Below, piece after piece: positions 1-9,076 of a stretch of DNA of 25,987 bases. Numbering within the stretch: position 1 is the first letter of the stretch; each line of letters opens with the position of its first letter. The DNA is from Promethearchaeota archaeon. Lineage in GTDB: Archaea; Asgardarchaeota; Lokiarchaeia; Sigyniarchaeales; SOKP01. The notes beneath the pieces are model-generated. The model saw only the letters and a list, made by a program, of their open reading frames with translations, searched no databases and was not told where the DNA came from. The stretch covers positions 1 to 25,987 of the forward strand of contig JAEOTR010000054.1 in NCBI GenBank assembly GCA_016839705.1. The letters run 5' to 3'. The translations under genes and the position numbers were made by a program.

Positions 1-758
1 AGATGTCTTTCAAATGCTTGAATAATTCCTTTATTATAAGATACCCCACCTTGAAAGACTATAGGTTGAGCTAATTCTTTTCCCTTTGATAAATTGTTCA
101 TATAATTTCTTACTAATGAATCACACAAACCTGCAATAATATCTTCTTTAGTATACCCCGCGTTTTGTTTGTGAATCATATCTGACTCTGCAAATACAGT
201 ACATCTCCCAGCAATGCTTACAGGTTTTTTAGATTTTACCGCATAACTACCAAATTCCTCGATAGGGATTCCAAGCCTTGAGGCTTGATGGTCAAGGAAC
301 GAACCTGTACCCGCTGCGCAGACTGAATTCATAGCAAAATCTACGATAATCCCATCTCTAAGAATTATAATTTTGGAATCTTGTCCTCCAATTTCTAAGA
401 TTGTTCTTACATCAGGATATAAAGCCTGTGCTGCAACTGCATGAGCTATTATTTCAGTCTTCGCAAGATCACCGCCAACAATTGCTTTCGTTAAATATCT
501 TGCTGAACCTGTCGTTCCACAAGAACGAATTTCATACCCTTGCAATTCTTCACTTTGTTCAACTTTAACTCTTAAATCCTCCATACCCGCTTTAGCTGAT
601 TCAATCGGAGATCCTCTGTTACGAAGAAAAACGCTGGTAAGGACTTCGCCATTCATATCCATTAATACAAATTTGCATGTTACGCTTCCTATATCAATCC
701 CAAGAAAAGCATCTAACTTCCCATCATCTTTAGCAACTTTATCTGATACTTGTACCAT
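1..758 (-). CDS. CoA-substrate-specific enzyme activase (HgdC/BadF/BcrAD-type ASKHA ATPase with Fe-S cysteines); 3' end runs off the window
   Basis: Not in the ORF track. Manual translation from ATG at 758: MVQVSDKVAKDDGKLDAFLGIDIGSVTCKFV...GTTGSAR...EIIAH...EIGGQDSK...MNSVCAAGTGSFLD...AGRCTVFAESD...FQGGVSYN. These are the canonical activase motifs. It starts 13 bp after the stop of the upstream gene. Confidence 0.92.
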   Translation of the reverse strand, partial: MVQVSDKVAKDDGKLDAFLGIDIGSVTCKFVLMDMNGEVLTSVFLRNRGSPIESAKAGMEDLRVKVEQSEELQGYEIRSCGTTGSARYLTKAIVGGDLAKTEIIAHAVAAQALYPDVRTILEIGGQDSKIIILRDGIIVDFAMNSVCAAGTGSFLDHQASRLGIPIEEFGSYAVKSKKPVSIAGRCTVFAESDMIHKQNAGYTKEDIIAGLCDSLVRNYMNNLSKGKELAQPIVFQGGVSYNKGIIQAFERH

Positions 759-771
759 ATTTCCATACCTA

Positions 772-1956
772 CTATGTCTGAATTAATTTGATACATTCAT
801 GAAAAAAATGTGATCCATTTGATTTATAAAATTTATTTTTATCGTCTTCAAAGGAAGTATTTTCTTTTCCAAGTTTATACTTTCGTCTTGACTCCATTAG
901 GTCAACAAACGCTTCTAGCCTTGTGCGCATTCCCTCTGTTCCAGAATGTTCGTCAAAAGAGAAATAAATAATCGGAAGATCATACATTTGCTTTAATTTA
1001 TTAGTTATAATCGTTCGAGCCGTCACTTCGGGCATGCAGGTAAAAGGGTATACATGACATGCACCACTAAACCCAGTTTGAGCGCGATCAATATATTCTC
1101 CTACAACCCATTGGCATTCTCCTCCAATATCCATTGGAATATATGGATGAGACAAGTGTTCTAACCATTTTCGGTGAAAGTTAAGGTGGAATTTATGTGA
1201 AACCCAATCCCATAAGCTTAAATTTTGATGAATTTCACAGCCCATTTCTCCTAGTTTACGTCTAATATCTACATTAACAAATGGCTCTAAACTTATATGA
1301 ATTTCCCCAAAAATCGCAACTCGTAAAGGAGTTCGTGTCCTATCAACATCAATTTTGTTAAAATCTTCTTTAATCACATTTTTAAAGCTTCTTAACTCCT
1401 TAAGAGTATTAGCCTGATCAAGCTTATTTATTACGGTATTAAAAACTTTAGTTGTATCTCCTTGGTTGCGTTCATAAGCTCGAAACAATCCTTCTGCGGT
1501 TTGAATATCGCTTAATAATTTTGCTTTCTTCAAGAAAAATATAACAGCTTTTACATACTTTGAATAGGCAAATAAATCTCTTTTGCCACTTAATTCTTGG
1601 AGAGTCTTAACCCATTTAAACTCTAGTAAATCCGCTTGATCTAATGGGATTATTTTAACATTTTTGTATCCCATATCATGTAAAAGACGCTCCTGAACAG
1701 CATGATAAAACCCAAATCTACATGGTCCACAATCAATAGCCATAACCAAAGTGTCGGCTCCTTTTTTTATTGCGCTAACAAAATCACCCAATGTAGCCTT
1801 AAATGGAAAACAAACAAACTCAGGACTATATTTTACTCCAATTTTTATAGCTTCACGATTGGTTGGATCTGGGAGCACAACATCTATATCAAGCTGTTCA
1901 AATAATGTCTTGAATGCATAAACATTAGGACCCATATTTGGGAAGGAAAGAATCAT
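772..1956 (-). CDS. 2-hydroxyacyl-CoA dehydratase-like / activase partner subunit (DUF2229/HgdAB-related)
   Basis: Motifs SPEFVCFPFK, CGPCRFGFY, GEI, PFTCMPE and C-terminal FDEHSGTEGMRTRLEAFVDLM. Lies directly upstream of an activase gene. Confidence 0.8.
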   Translation of the reverse strand: MILSFPNMGPNVYAFKTLFEQLDIDVVLPDPTNREAIKIGVKYSPEFVCFPFKATLGDFVSAIKKGADTLVMAIDCGPCRFGFYHAVQERLLHDMGYKNVKIIPLDQADLLEFKWVKTLQELSGKRDLFAYSKYVKAVIFFLKKAKLLSDIQTAEGLFRAYERNQGDTTKVFNTVINKLDQANTLKELRSFKNVIKEDFNKIDVDRTRTPLRVAIFGEIHISLEPFVNVDIRRKLGEMGCEIHQNLSLWDWVSHKFHLNFHRKWLEHLSHPYIPMDIGGECQWVVGEYIDRAQTGFSGACHVYPFTCMPEVTARTIITNKLKQMYDLPIIYFSFDEHSGTEGMRTRLEAFVDLMESRRKYKLGKENTSFEDDKNKFYKSNGSHFFHECIKLIQT

Positions 1957-2021
1957 ATACCTTAGAACTCCTCAAAACTTCTTAATAATTTTTGATTCAC
2001 TAATGAATGGTTAAAGTCAAC

Positions 2022-2037
2022 GTTTATTTAAATAAAC
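2022..2037. promoter_or_regulatory. 16-bp perfect palindrome GTTTATTTAAATAAAC upstream of the first dehydratase/activase operon (operator and/or TATA element)
   Basis: Read directly. About 66-81 bp upstream of ATG 1956. The same 14-bp core occurs at 18973-18986. Confidence 0.45.
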
Positions 2038-2155
2038 TATTGTTTAAATAACAAACCAAAAAATAAAAATATACCTATTTAAAACAAATTATCAAAAGTA
2101 TGATTTTCCTTATTAAAAATTCTAGTTCTGATTATTAAATTTCTATATTAGAAGT

Positions 2156-2701
2156 TTACTCTTTCAATTCGGAACCGCAATATTCACAAATAGTCTGATT
2201 AGGGTCTGAAGCTTGTTTTCCACAATATTTACATTCGACGTATCTCTCTTTTTTAACAATTTGCGGAGTAGTTGCATTCGTCTTTTCTGAAGCTAAAGAG
2301 AAATATTTATTAAAACTGGCTTTCACTCCAGCACTATGGGTTCTAATAACTATATTGTGGAAACCAGGGATAAGATTTGGTCTATTAGGGACGATTAATA
2401 CTAATTTATCACCAAGCTTTAAAGATTTATCATAGATTTCTAAAATATTTCGATTAAGATATAATGTTTCATTCATTTTCACATCGTAATCAAAAGGATA
2501 AATACTGGCATCATAAACAACAACATCATTGACTATGATAATTAAATCTTCTAGATATTGTTTTAATGTTTGATTTTGCATTGTCGGAGGTAATCCAAAT
2601 TCTAAGGAATCTCCCAAAATTGAAACATGTACCATACGTTTTGCAATTAAATTAGGTATTCTTTTAACTCTTTCTTTAATAGTCTCAAAAAATTTGGGCA
2701 T
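2156..2701 (-). CDS. Hypothetical protein with C-terminal zinc ribbon
   Basis: 181-aa ORF ending in CKYCG...CEYCG. Starts 24 bp after the kinase stop on the same strand. Confidence 0.75.
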   Translation of the reverse strand: MPKFFETIKERVKRIPNLIAKRMVHVSILGDSLEFGLPPTMQNQTLKQYLEDLIIIVNDVVVYDASIYPFDYDVKMNETLYLNRNILEIYDKSLKLGDKLVLIVPNRPNLIPGFHNIVIRTHSAGVKASFNKYFSLASEKTNATTPQIVKKERYVECKYCGKQASDPNQTICEYCGSELKE

Positions 2702-2725
2702 ATTTAAATTATGTAAAGAAATTTG

Positions 2726-3637
2726 TTAAAATTTTGCTTCTTCCTCTAATTTTAATATCAATTTGAAAGTGCTTCCCTTCCCTAATTCACTTTCAACGAC
2801 AATTTCCCCGCCTAATAGAGTAGCTAACTTCTTTGAGATATAAAGACCTAGACCCGTTCCTTCCTGATATATCCCTGGTCTGATAATCCGACTAAAAGGT
2901 TTGAACAATTTTACCATATCTTCTTTTTTTATACCTGAGCCCGTATCTTTAACTGAAATTTCAACATTCCTGTTTGATTTTTGAATTTTTAAAGCTATTT
3001 CACCTTCTTCGGTAAATTTTATTGCGTTTCCAATTAAATTTGCTAATATTTGGTTTATCCTTTTTTTATCATTATAAATTGTAAGACTTCTTGGAATATT
3101 AATAAGTAATTCAAGTCCTTTCTTTTCTGCGCCTATAGTAAAAGTTTCCTTCATTATTTTTATCTCTTCAACAAGATTGTAATTATCTTTTTTTATATCT
3201 AACATGTTCGCTTCAATTTTATTTACATCAATTACATCATCAATCAATTCATGTAATTGGTTAGCGCTATTAAGAATAATCTTAAGCTGTTTTTCTTGTT
3301 CGTCATTTATTTCACCTACTCTTCCTTTCAGTATCATCCTCGTAAAACCTATTATTGAAGTCAATGGTGTTCTCAATTCATGACTCATACTCGCGAGAAA
3401 TATACTTTTTAAACTATCTAACTCCTTTAATGCACTTATCCGTTTCAAAAAAACCCATGTAGAAATAAGAGCAATCAATAATACAATAATATAAAATCCA
3501 AATATAACAGAAAAAATCAACCATTGGTCGGTACTTATTTCTCCAAAAAATAATGGGAAATATGGATAAATGGCTAAAACTATTCCAGCGATTATTAATG
3601 AAAAAAGAACAATCTCTCTCTTAGATAATCTCATCAT
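2726..3637 (-). CDS. Membrane sensor histidine kinase (2 TM helices + HisKA + HATPase_c)
   Basis: H-box FLASMSHELRTPL, N-box NLIGNAIKFT, G1 DTGSGI, F-box LFKPF, G2 GTGLGL. Two N-terminal hydrophobic segments. Confidence 0.95.
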   Translation of the reverse strand: MMRLSKREIVLFSLIIAGIVLAIYPYFPLFFGEISTDQWLIFSVIFGFYIIVLLIALISTWVFLKRISALKELDSLKSIFLASMSHELRTPLTSIIGFTRMILKGRVGEINDEQEKQLKIILNSANQLHELIDDVIDVNKIEANMLDIKKDNYNLVEEIKIMKETFTIGAEKKGLELLINIPRSLTIYNDKKRINQILANLIGNAIKFTEEGEIALKIQKSNRNVEISVKDTGSGIKKEDMVKLFKPFSRIIRPGIYQEGTGLGLYISKKLATLLGGEIVVESELGKGSTFKLILKLEEEAKF

Positions 3638-3733
3638 GAATCCTCGTTTTAAATTAAATTCAACAATATTTATTTCAAGAATGACATTACATTTAAATTT
3701 AATAAAACTATTAATTTCAATTACGGATAAAAC

Positions 3734-4618
3734 ATGAAACCTTTAATATTAATAGTTGAGGATAATCCAAACATCTTAAACTATTTAAAAACTACCTTAG
3801 AGTTTAATGAAGCGGAAGTTGTTACAGCAGAAAATGGAATAGACGGATTAAAAGTTCTTTCAGAGCAAAAAGATTACCCCGATATCATCATCAGTGATAT
3901 TCTAATGCCAGAGATGGATGGATACGAATTTTTCAATGAAGTGTCTAATAATCCTGCCCTTTGTCATATACCATTCATCTTTTTATCAGCATTAGATTCT
4001 GTTGAGGAAATACGAATGGGAAAGATGCTTGGAGCAGACGCTTATATTACTAAACCTATTAATGAAGATGATTTCTTAGCAACCGTTTTTGGTAAAATCA
4101 AACGTAATTTACAAAATAAGCTAATTAATAAAAGAATCAATGAGTTTTTATCTTCAAATGTAGTTGAAACAAATTATATTTCTGAGCAGTACAAGGATCT
4201 GATTATTTTAATTGAAGTACATTGGGATGATATAGAAGGTCCAAAAGTTGTAAATCGTTTCCCTCAAGATATAGAAGTTGATTTTTCACTCAGCAAAATC
4301 GGTGAACAGCTTTGGGATGGTATAAAAACTATGTATGGTCAAGACTATTTAGCAGAAGCAGAAGGAATTTTGATAAATGTAAAAAAATTTAAAGTTATGG
4401 CTTATGCATTTTTTGATTTTTATCCTGATGCTTCTTATCGAGGTGGCCAGAAGGATTATATGTTTTCACTTATTGCACCCAGAATTACCTATTTTCAATC
4501 TTTAAAAATAAAGCAAATTTTTGTTGAAATGTCTTCTAGATATAAAGAAAAAAGGGAATGGGATGCAAAATTATTTTGGAATAGGTTTACCGATATCCTT
4601 ACTAATCCAACAATTTAG
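3734..4618 (+). CDS. Response regulator: REC domain fused to a putative longin/uDENN-like output domain
   Basis: REC residues ED9-10, phosphoacceptor D55 (DILMPEMDG), S85 and K107-P are intact. The C-terminal ~140 aa carries HWDDIEGPKVV and DASYRGGQKDYMFSLIAP, which resemble uDENN/longin signatures. The REC call is secure; the longin call is an inference. Confidence 0.85.
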   Translation: MKPLILIVEDNPNILNYLKTTLEFNEAEVVTAENGIDGLKVLSEQKDYPDIIISDILMPEMDGYEFFNEVSNNPALCHIPFIFLSALDSVEEIRMGKMLGADAYITKPINEDDFLATVFGKIKRNLQNKLINKRINEFLSSNVVETNYISEQYKDLIILIEVHWDDIEGPKVVNRFPQDIEVDFSLSKIGEQLWDGIKTMYGQDYLAEAEGILINVKKFKVMAYAFFDFYPDASYRGGQKDYMFSLIAPRITYFQSLKIKQIFVEMSSRYKEKREWDAKLFWNRFTDILTNPTI

Positions 4619-5195
4619 CCAGTTGTAAAACTTCCTTACTGAATGCTGTTTTGATGCTGTTTAAATCAAAGATTGTGGTATCATATGACATAAATGATGT
4701 ATCATTATTCTGCATAAAAGGTTCAATTTTTTCCAAAAATATTTCTTTTAGGTTTCTTGTGCTTGGATTATAATCAGGATCCATTTTATGAAAAAGTAAC
4801 ACTATTCTTGCATCGGGACTGTATCTTTTTATTAAATTAAAAACACCCATGAAATACATAGTCGAAATAGCAAGCCTATAATAATCTTGAATATCTACTA
4901 CATAATAACAAAACGAAATCTCTTTAAAATATGATTCAGGGTTCGCTAAGTAATCATTACGATATACTTCCTGTCCACCAAGATCCCAAACCATAATTTT
5001 TCCCTGAAAAAGAGATCTTCTTTCTACTCCCTTTGTTGGATACATATCAGGGGGTTTTCTGAGGGTTACTTCTGTTTTCTGTTTCAATAGATCCAGAATC
5101 GAAGTTTTACCTGCATTTTCCAAACCTAAAATTACAAGTTTAATTTTTTGTTCTTGATTTTTCAAGTCACTCATTAAAGATTTCGACTCCTCCAT
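4602..5195 (-). CDS. Small GTPase, Rag/Gtr1-like with Arf-like P-loop
   Basis: G1 GLENAGKT, G2 PT, G3 WDLGGQ, G4 HKMD (SPDARIVLLFHKMD), G5-like TTIFD. Overlaps the response regulator 3' end by 17 bp. Confidence 0.9.
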   Translation of the reverse strand: MEESKSLMSDLKNQEQKIKLVILGLENAGKTSILDLLKQKTEVTLRKPPDMYPTKGVERRSLFQGKIMVWDLGGQEVYRNDYLANPESYFKEISFCYYVVDIQDYYRLAISTMYFMGVFNLIKRYSPDARIVLLFHKMDPDYNPSTRNLKEIFLEKIEPFMQNNDTSFMSYDTTIFDLNSIKTAFSKEVLQLAKLLD

Positions 5196-5402
5196 CTAAC
5201 AAATTTTTTTTTCAGTTATGTAAAATATTTTATTGAAATGTACACTAATTTAAAATAATAGGGATTTTTCCTTTCCTATCAATTAAGAATCCAATGGTTT
5301 AGTTTAAAAAGAATCAGTGCATACTCAAAAATTGGACTGTATTTGTTTATTATATTATAGATTATATAATTTTGATAAATCTATTAAAAAAGTCTAACTA
5401 AA

Positions 5403-7382
5403 ATGAAAATAACTATGAAATCTAAATATAAAAGTTTAACCGGTTTAATTTTTATAGTATTGAATACCTCGATCTTATTAGGATTAACTTTCTCATCAAA
5501 TGAGATACATATTGATAAGTCATATGAAAAATATGATTTTACAGTAGAACCGATTACTTCAAATTATGAAGAATATATTAAAGGGAATTTTTCTGATTAT
5601 GAATGTTCAAACTATACTCTTTCGGTCTTTTTAAATGAAAATACTTCTAGTGTGGTAGGAAATTTAACTGCTGATTATTATAATGATGATCCTGTAAATT
5701 TCACACAGATACCTTTCCATATTTACCCTTCTGGGATGCAATATAATACGAGACCTGGGGATATTGATATATTAAATGTAACTACATCAGAAGATCCTAA
5801 TCAAGAATTAGAATTCGAAGTCCTTTCGGATATTCAGCTAATGTGGGTAAACTTAACTAGCGAATTAGAACCTGGGAACCGTACTTCTTTTATCATATCT
5901 TTTAATACGACTCTAACTGACGGGGGAATAGATCGAGCAAGTGATCATGGTTGGGATCATAATAATTCGCGTATATTTAAATTTGGGAGTGCTTATCCAA
6001 TGCCATGTGTATATGATGAATATGACGGATGGAATATAGATCCCTATCTTTCAATTGGTGATCCGTTCTATTTTGATATGGCCTATTATGATCTAATTAT
6101 TAATGTTCCTAATAGCATGACTGTTGCAGCAACAGGGGAATTGGTAGAAAAAATAACAATAGGGAATAGAACAATTAATCACTATAATCCTCGTCTTCCA
6201 GTTCGGGAGGTTACATTTTCAGCATCTCGTTACTTTGAGGTTGAGTCCTACTTCTCCGCTGATGCTAACGTCACAGTTTCTCTCTATTATCTTAATAAAT
6301 CATCCTGGTTATGGCATAATTTTGCTGTAGACGTCGTAGGAAATGCTGGCAGTCTATATTATGTAGCATTTGGAAATTATACATATCCCACGCTTAATAT
6401 AGTTCAAGAGTATACGATGTTTGGGGGGATGGAATATCCATGCCAAGTATATATATCTGAAGCTGCAGACAGGCATTCTGATCCGTGGTGGTATTTGGAG
6501 ACCATCATTGCTCACGAAGTTGCTCATCAATGGTTTTATAATCTCGTTGGTGTAGATGAAGTTGATTGGGGCTTTTTAGATGAAGGTGTTGTGTGTTGGG
6601 TTACTGATTGGTATAAAGATGTGTTTCACCCAGATTGGAATATTTTCGAACCATATTGGGGGCTATCTCGTCTAAGGCATTATTCATTGGACTACGGTTT
6701 ACCCAACAAAATCAATCAATCTGTTTATGAGTGTATTGATAGTGGTTCTAATTACTGGTATATTGCCTATACAAAAGCACCAACGATTCTTGAAAAATTA
6801 CGTACTATTATAGGTCTTGATAATTTTATTTATGGCTTAAGATATTTTACCCATGAGAATTTTTTCGAAATCGCACAATTAATAGATTTACAGCAAGCAT
6901 TTGAAACAATCAGCGGAGAAACTCTTGATTGGTTCTTTCTACCATGGTTTAATGATCCTTATCTTCCCAAGTATAACTTTACAAGTGTATTATATAATAC
7001 CCAGAGTAAAACTGTTAATATTACTATTGAAGATGTCAATGAAAATTTAAATCCCTATAGCTATTCGCAGCAAATTCCCATAACCATTTATAGCAGTGGT
7101 TCAACATTGGAATTCTCTGAATTTAAATGGATCAATGGTACAACTTCTTTAATAATACCTATTCAAAAAAAACCTGTACGCGTAGTACTAAATTATACTG
7201 ATAACGTTCTTGTTCAATTTTCAGACCATGATTTGAATTATTTGGAAACTACAGATATTATTGTGATTAATGGGCAGCAACCAAACATCCCAAGTTTTAA
7301 TGTTATAATTATCCTTCTTGCTTTTAGTACCTTGGGGATAATTTTTATGACAAAGAAGTCTAAATATCAAATAAATAATTAA
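5403..7382 (+). CDS. Secreted, membrane-anchored M1-family zinc aminopeptidase with Loki-CTERM-like tail
   Basis: GGMEY exopeptidase motif and HEVAH-x18-E zinc motif. N-terminal signal/TM segment. C-terminal IPSF + hydrophobic helix + KKSK. Confidence 0.9.
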   Translation: MKITMKSKYKSLTGLIFIVLNTSILLGLTFSSNEIHIDKSYEKYDFTVEPITSNYEEYIKGNFSDYECSNYTLSVFLNENTSSVVGNLTADYYNDDPVNFTQIPFHIYPSGMQYNTRPGDIDILNVTTSEDPNQELEFEVLSDIQLMWVNLTSELEPGNRTSFIISFNTTLTDGGIDRASDHGWDHNNSRIFKFGSAYPMPCVYDEYDGWNIDPYLSIGDPFYFDMAYYDLIINVPNSMTVAATGELVEKITIGNRTINHYNPRLPVREVTFSASRYFEVESYFSADANVTVSLYYLNKSSWLWHNFAVDVVGNAGSLYYVAFGNYTYPTLNIVQEYTMFGGMEYPCQVYISEAADRHSDPWWYLETIIAHEVAHQWFYNLVGVDEVDWGFLDEGVVCWVTDWYKDVFHPDWNIFEPYWGLSRLRHYSLDYGLPNKINQSVYECIDSGSNYWYIAYTKAPTILEKLRTIIGLDNFIYGLRYFTHENFFEIAQLIDLQQAFETISGETLDWFFLPWFNDPYLPKYNFTSVLYNTQSKTVNITIEDVNENLNPYSYSQQIPITIYSSGSTLEFSEFKWINGTTSLIIPIQKKPVRVVLNYTDNVLVQFSDHDLNYLETTDIIVINGQQPNIPSFNVIIILLAFSTLGIIFMTKKSKYQINN

Positions 7383-8842
7383 AATCTATTATTATTTTTA
7401 CTTATTTTTTTTCCAATTTCTAATACCGAATTAACAAGCACCTCAAAATCTTCTTTTACAGACCTGTGATTTACTATTGCTACACGTATAGAAAAATTTC
7501 CATTTATCATAGCATTTGACGGGACTGCTATTCCTTTCTCTTGTAATTGAAACAAAATTTCTTCATTTAATTTATTGAGTGCATTTATATCAATCGATCC
7601 ATCATTATATCTAAAATTTACGATATTGATTTCTGTAGGGGCAAGGATTTCTAATTTTTTCTCATTTTCTATTAATTTTGTAAGATATCTGGCTTGTTGA
7701 ATGTTTTGTTCAATAAGTTTCCCTAACTTCTTAATACCTTGTTCCTTTATCGTCATCCAGACCTTTAATGCTCTGAATCCTCTTGATAGTTGAGGTCCAT
7801 AGTCAGAAAATCGAATTTTACTACTACCCGTTCCTCTTTTTAGATGACCTGTATAATCTCCAATAAAATTAAATGCTTCGGAATGAAATTTTCTATTCTT
7901 AACAAGTACGCACCCTACATCATAATTTATATACATCCATTTATGAAAATCAAAAGCAATACTATCTGCTTTTTCTATACCATCTACAATGTTTTTTGAA
8001 GTAGGGGAAAGCTTACACCATATAGAAAAGGCACCATCAATATGAAACCATATATCGAATTCCCTAGCAATCTCAGCCAAAGTATTTAAATCATCAACTG
8101 CTCCAGTGTTTACTGTACCGGCATTTCCAATAATGCATATAGGTTGACATCCAGCTTTTAAATCTGCTTCTATTGTTTCTCGAAGCATGTCTAAATTTAT
8201 CTTAAATTGTTTATTTACGGCAATTTTTTTTAGTGAATTAAGTCCTAATCCTAATAGTTGGATTGCCTTATCGATTGAACCATGCATCTCAGTTGATCCA
8301 TAGAATAAGAGATTTTTTTTACTAGCTTGTATACCATGCTTAATAATATCATAATTTGCTTTGGTATTGCGTGCAACAGTTAATCCAATAAGATTTGCTA
8401 TAGAAGCACCGGATACAAGCAAACCAGATGCACTATTCTCGTAACCAAGCAGTTCTTTGGTCCATTCTAACACTTGTGTTTCAACATAATTAGCTATCTG
8501 TTCTTCTCCTGCTACATTCGTGTTCATTGTAGCAGTTAATATCTCTGCTAGTATTCCAAATGGTGTTCCAGATCCCACTACCCATCCCCAAAAACGAGGG
8601 TGAATATTTCCTAAAGGATAGGGTAGAATATTCTCTTTAAATTCCTGATATATACTCTCCCTATCTTGAGTTTTGATTGGAATAGGCATTTTGAATTTAA
8701 ATTTTACTTCATTTGGTATTTGCTGCCATACGGGTTGTTTTCTAATGCTCTTGAGATGCTCTAACATTTCATCAAGCATCTTATGTCCTAAAGTCTTTAT
8801 ATCTTCCCAATCTTCAGGATCAAGGGTTAATTCGGGTGTCAT
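7379..8842 (-). CDS. Group II PLP-dependent amino acid decarboxylase (aromatic-L-amino-acid/glutamate decarboxylase family)
   Basis: HPRFWGWV, AGTVNTGAVDDL, WFHIDGAF, DFHKW (PLP lysine), QLSRGFRALKVW. Confidence 0.92.
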   Translation of the reverse strand: MTPELTLDPEDWEDIKTLGHKMLDEMLEHLKSIRKQPVWQQIPNEVKFKFKMPIPIKTQDRESIYQEFKENILPYPLGNIHPRFWGWVVGSGTPFGILAEILTATMNTNVAGEEQIANYVETQVLEWTKELLGYENSASGLLVSGASIANLIGLTVARNTKANYDIIKHGIQASKKNLLFYGSTEMHGSIDKAIQLLGLGLNSLKKIAVNKQFKINLDMLRETIEADLKAGCQPICIIGNAGTVNTGAVDDLNTLAEIAREFDIWFHIDGAFSIWCKLSPTSKNIVDGIEKADSIAFDFHKWMYINYDVGCVLVKNRKFHSEAFNFIGDYTGHLKRGTGSSKIRFSDYGPQLSRGFRALKVWMTIKEQGIKKLGKLIEQNIQQARYLTKLIENEKKLEILAPTEINIVNFRYNDGSIDINALNKLNEEILFQLQEKGIAVPSNAMINGNFSIRVAIVNHRSVKEDFEVLVNSVLEIGKKISKNNNRF

Positions 8843-9076
8843 ACAGAAAAAAAAATTTATTAGTAAAAAAATATATCGATTCAGTCAAATTTTCATATGT
8901 AAGATTTGCTTAATATGGCAAATCCAATACAATAGAACTGTAAGCATTACATAATGTTTATATTTATAATATCTTACTAGATAAAAAAAGTGAAATTAAT
9001 ATTCAAGACCAGAGTAAATCTAAAATATAATTTAACTACAGCTCTTAAACCATACCAAGAGAAATATCTGAACAAG

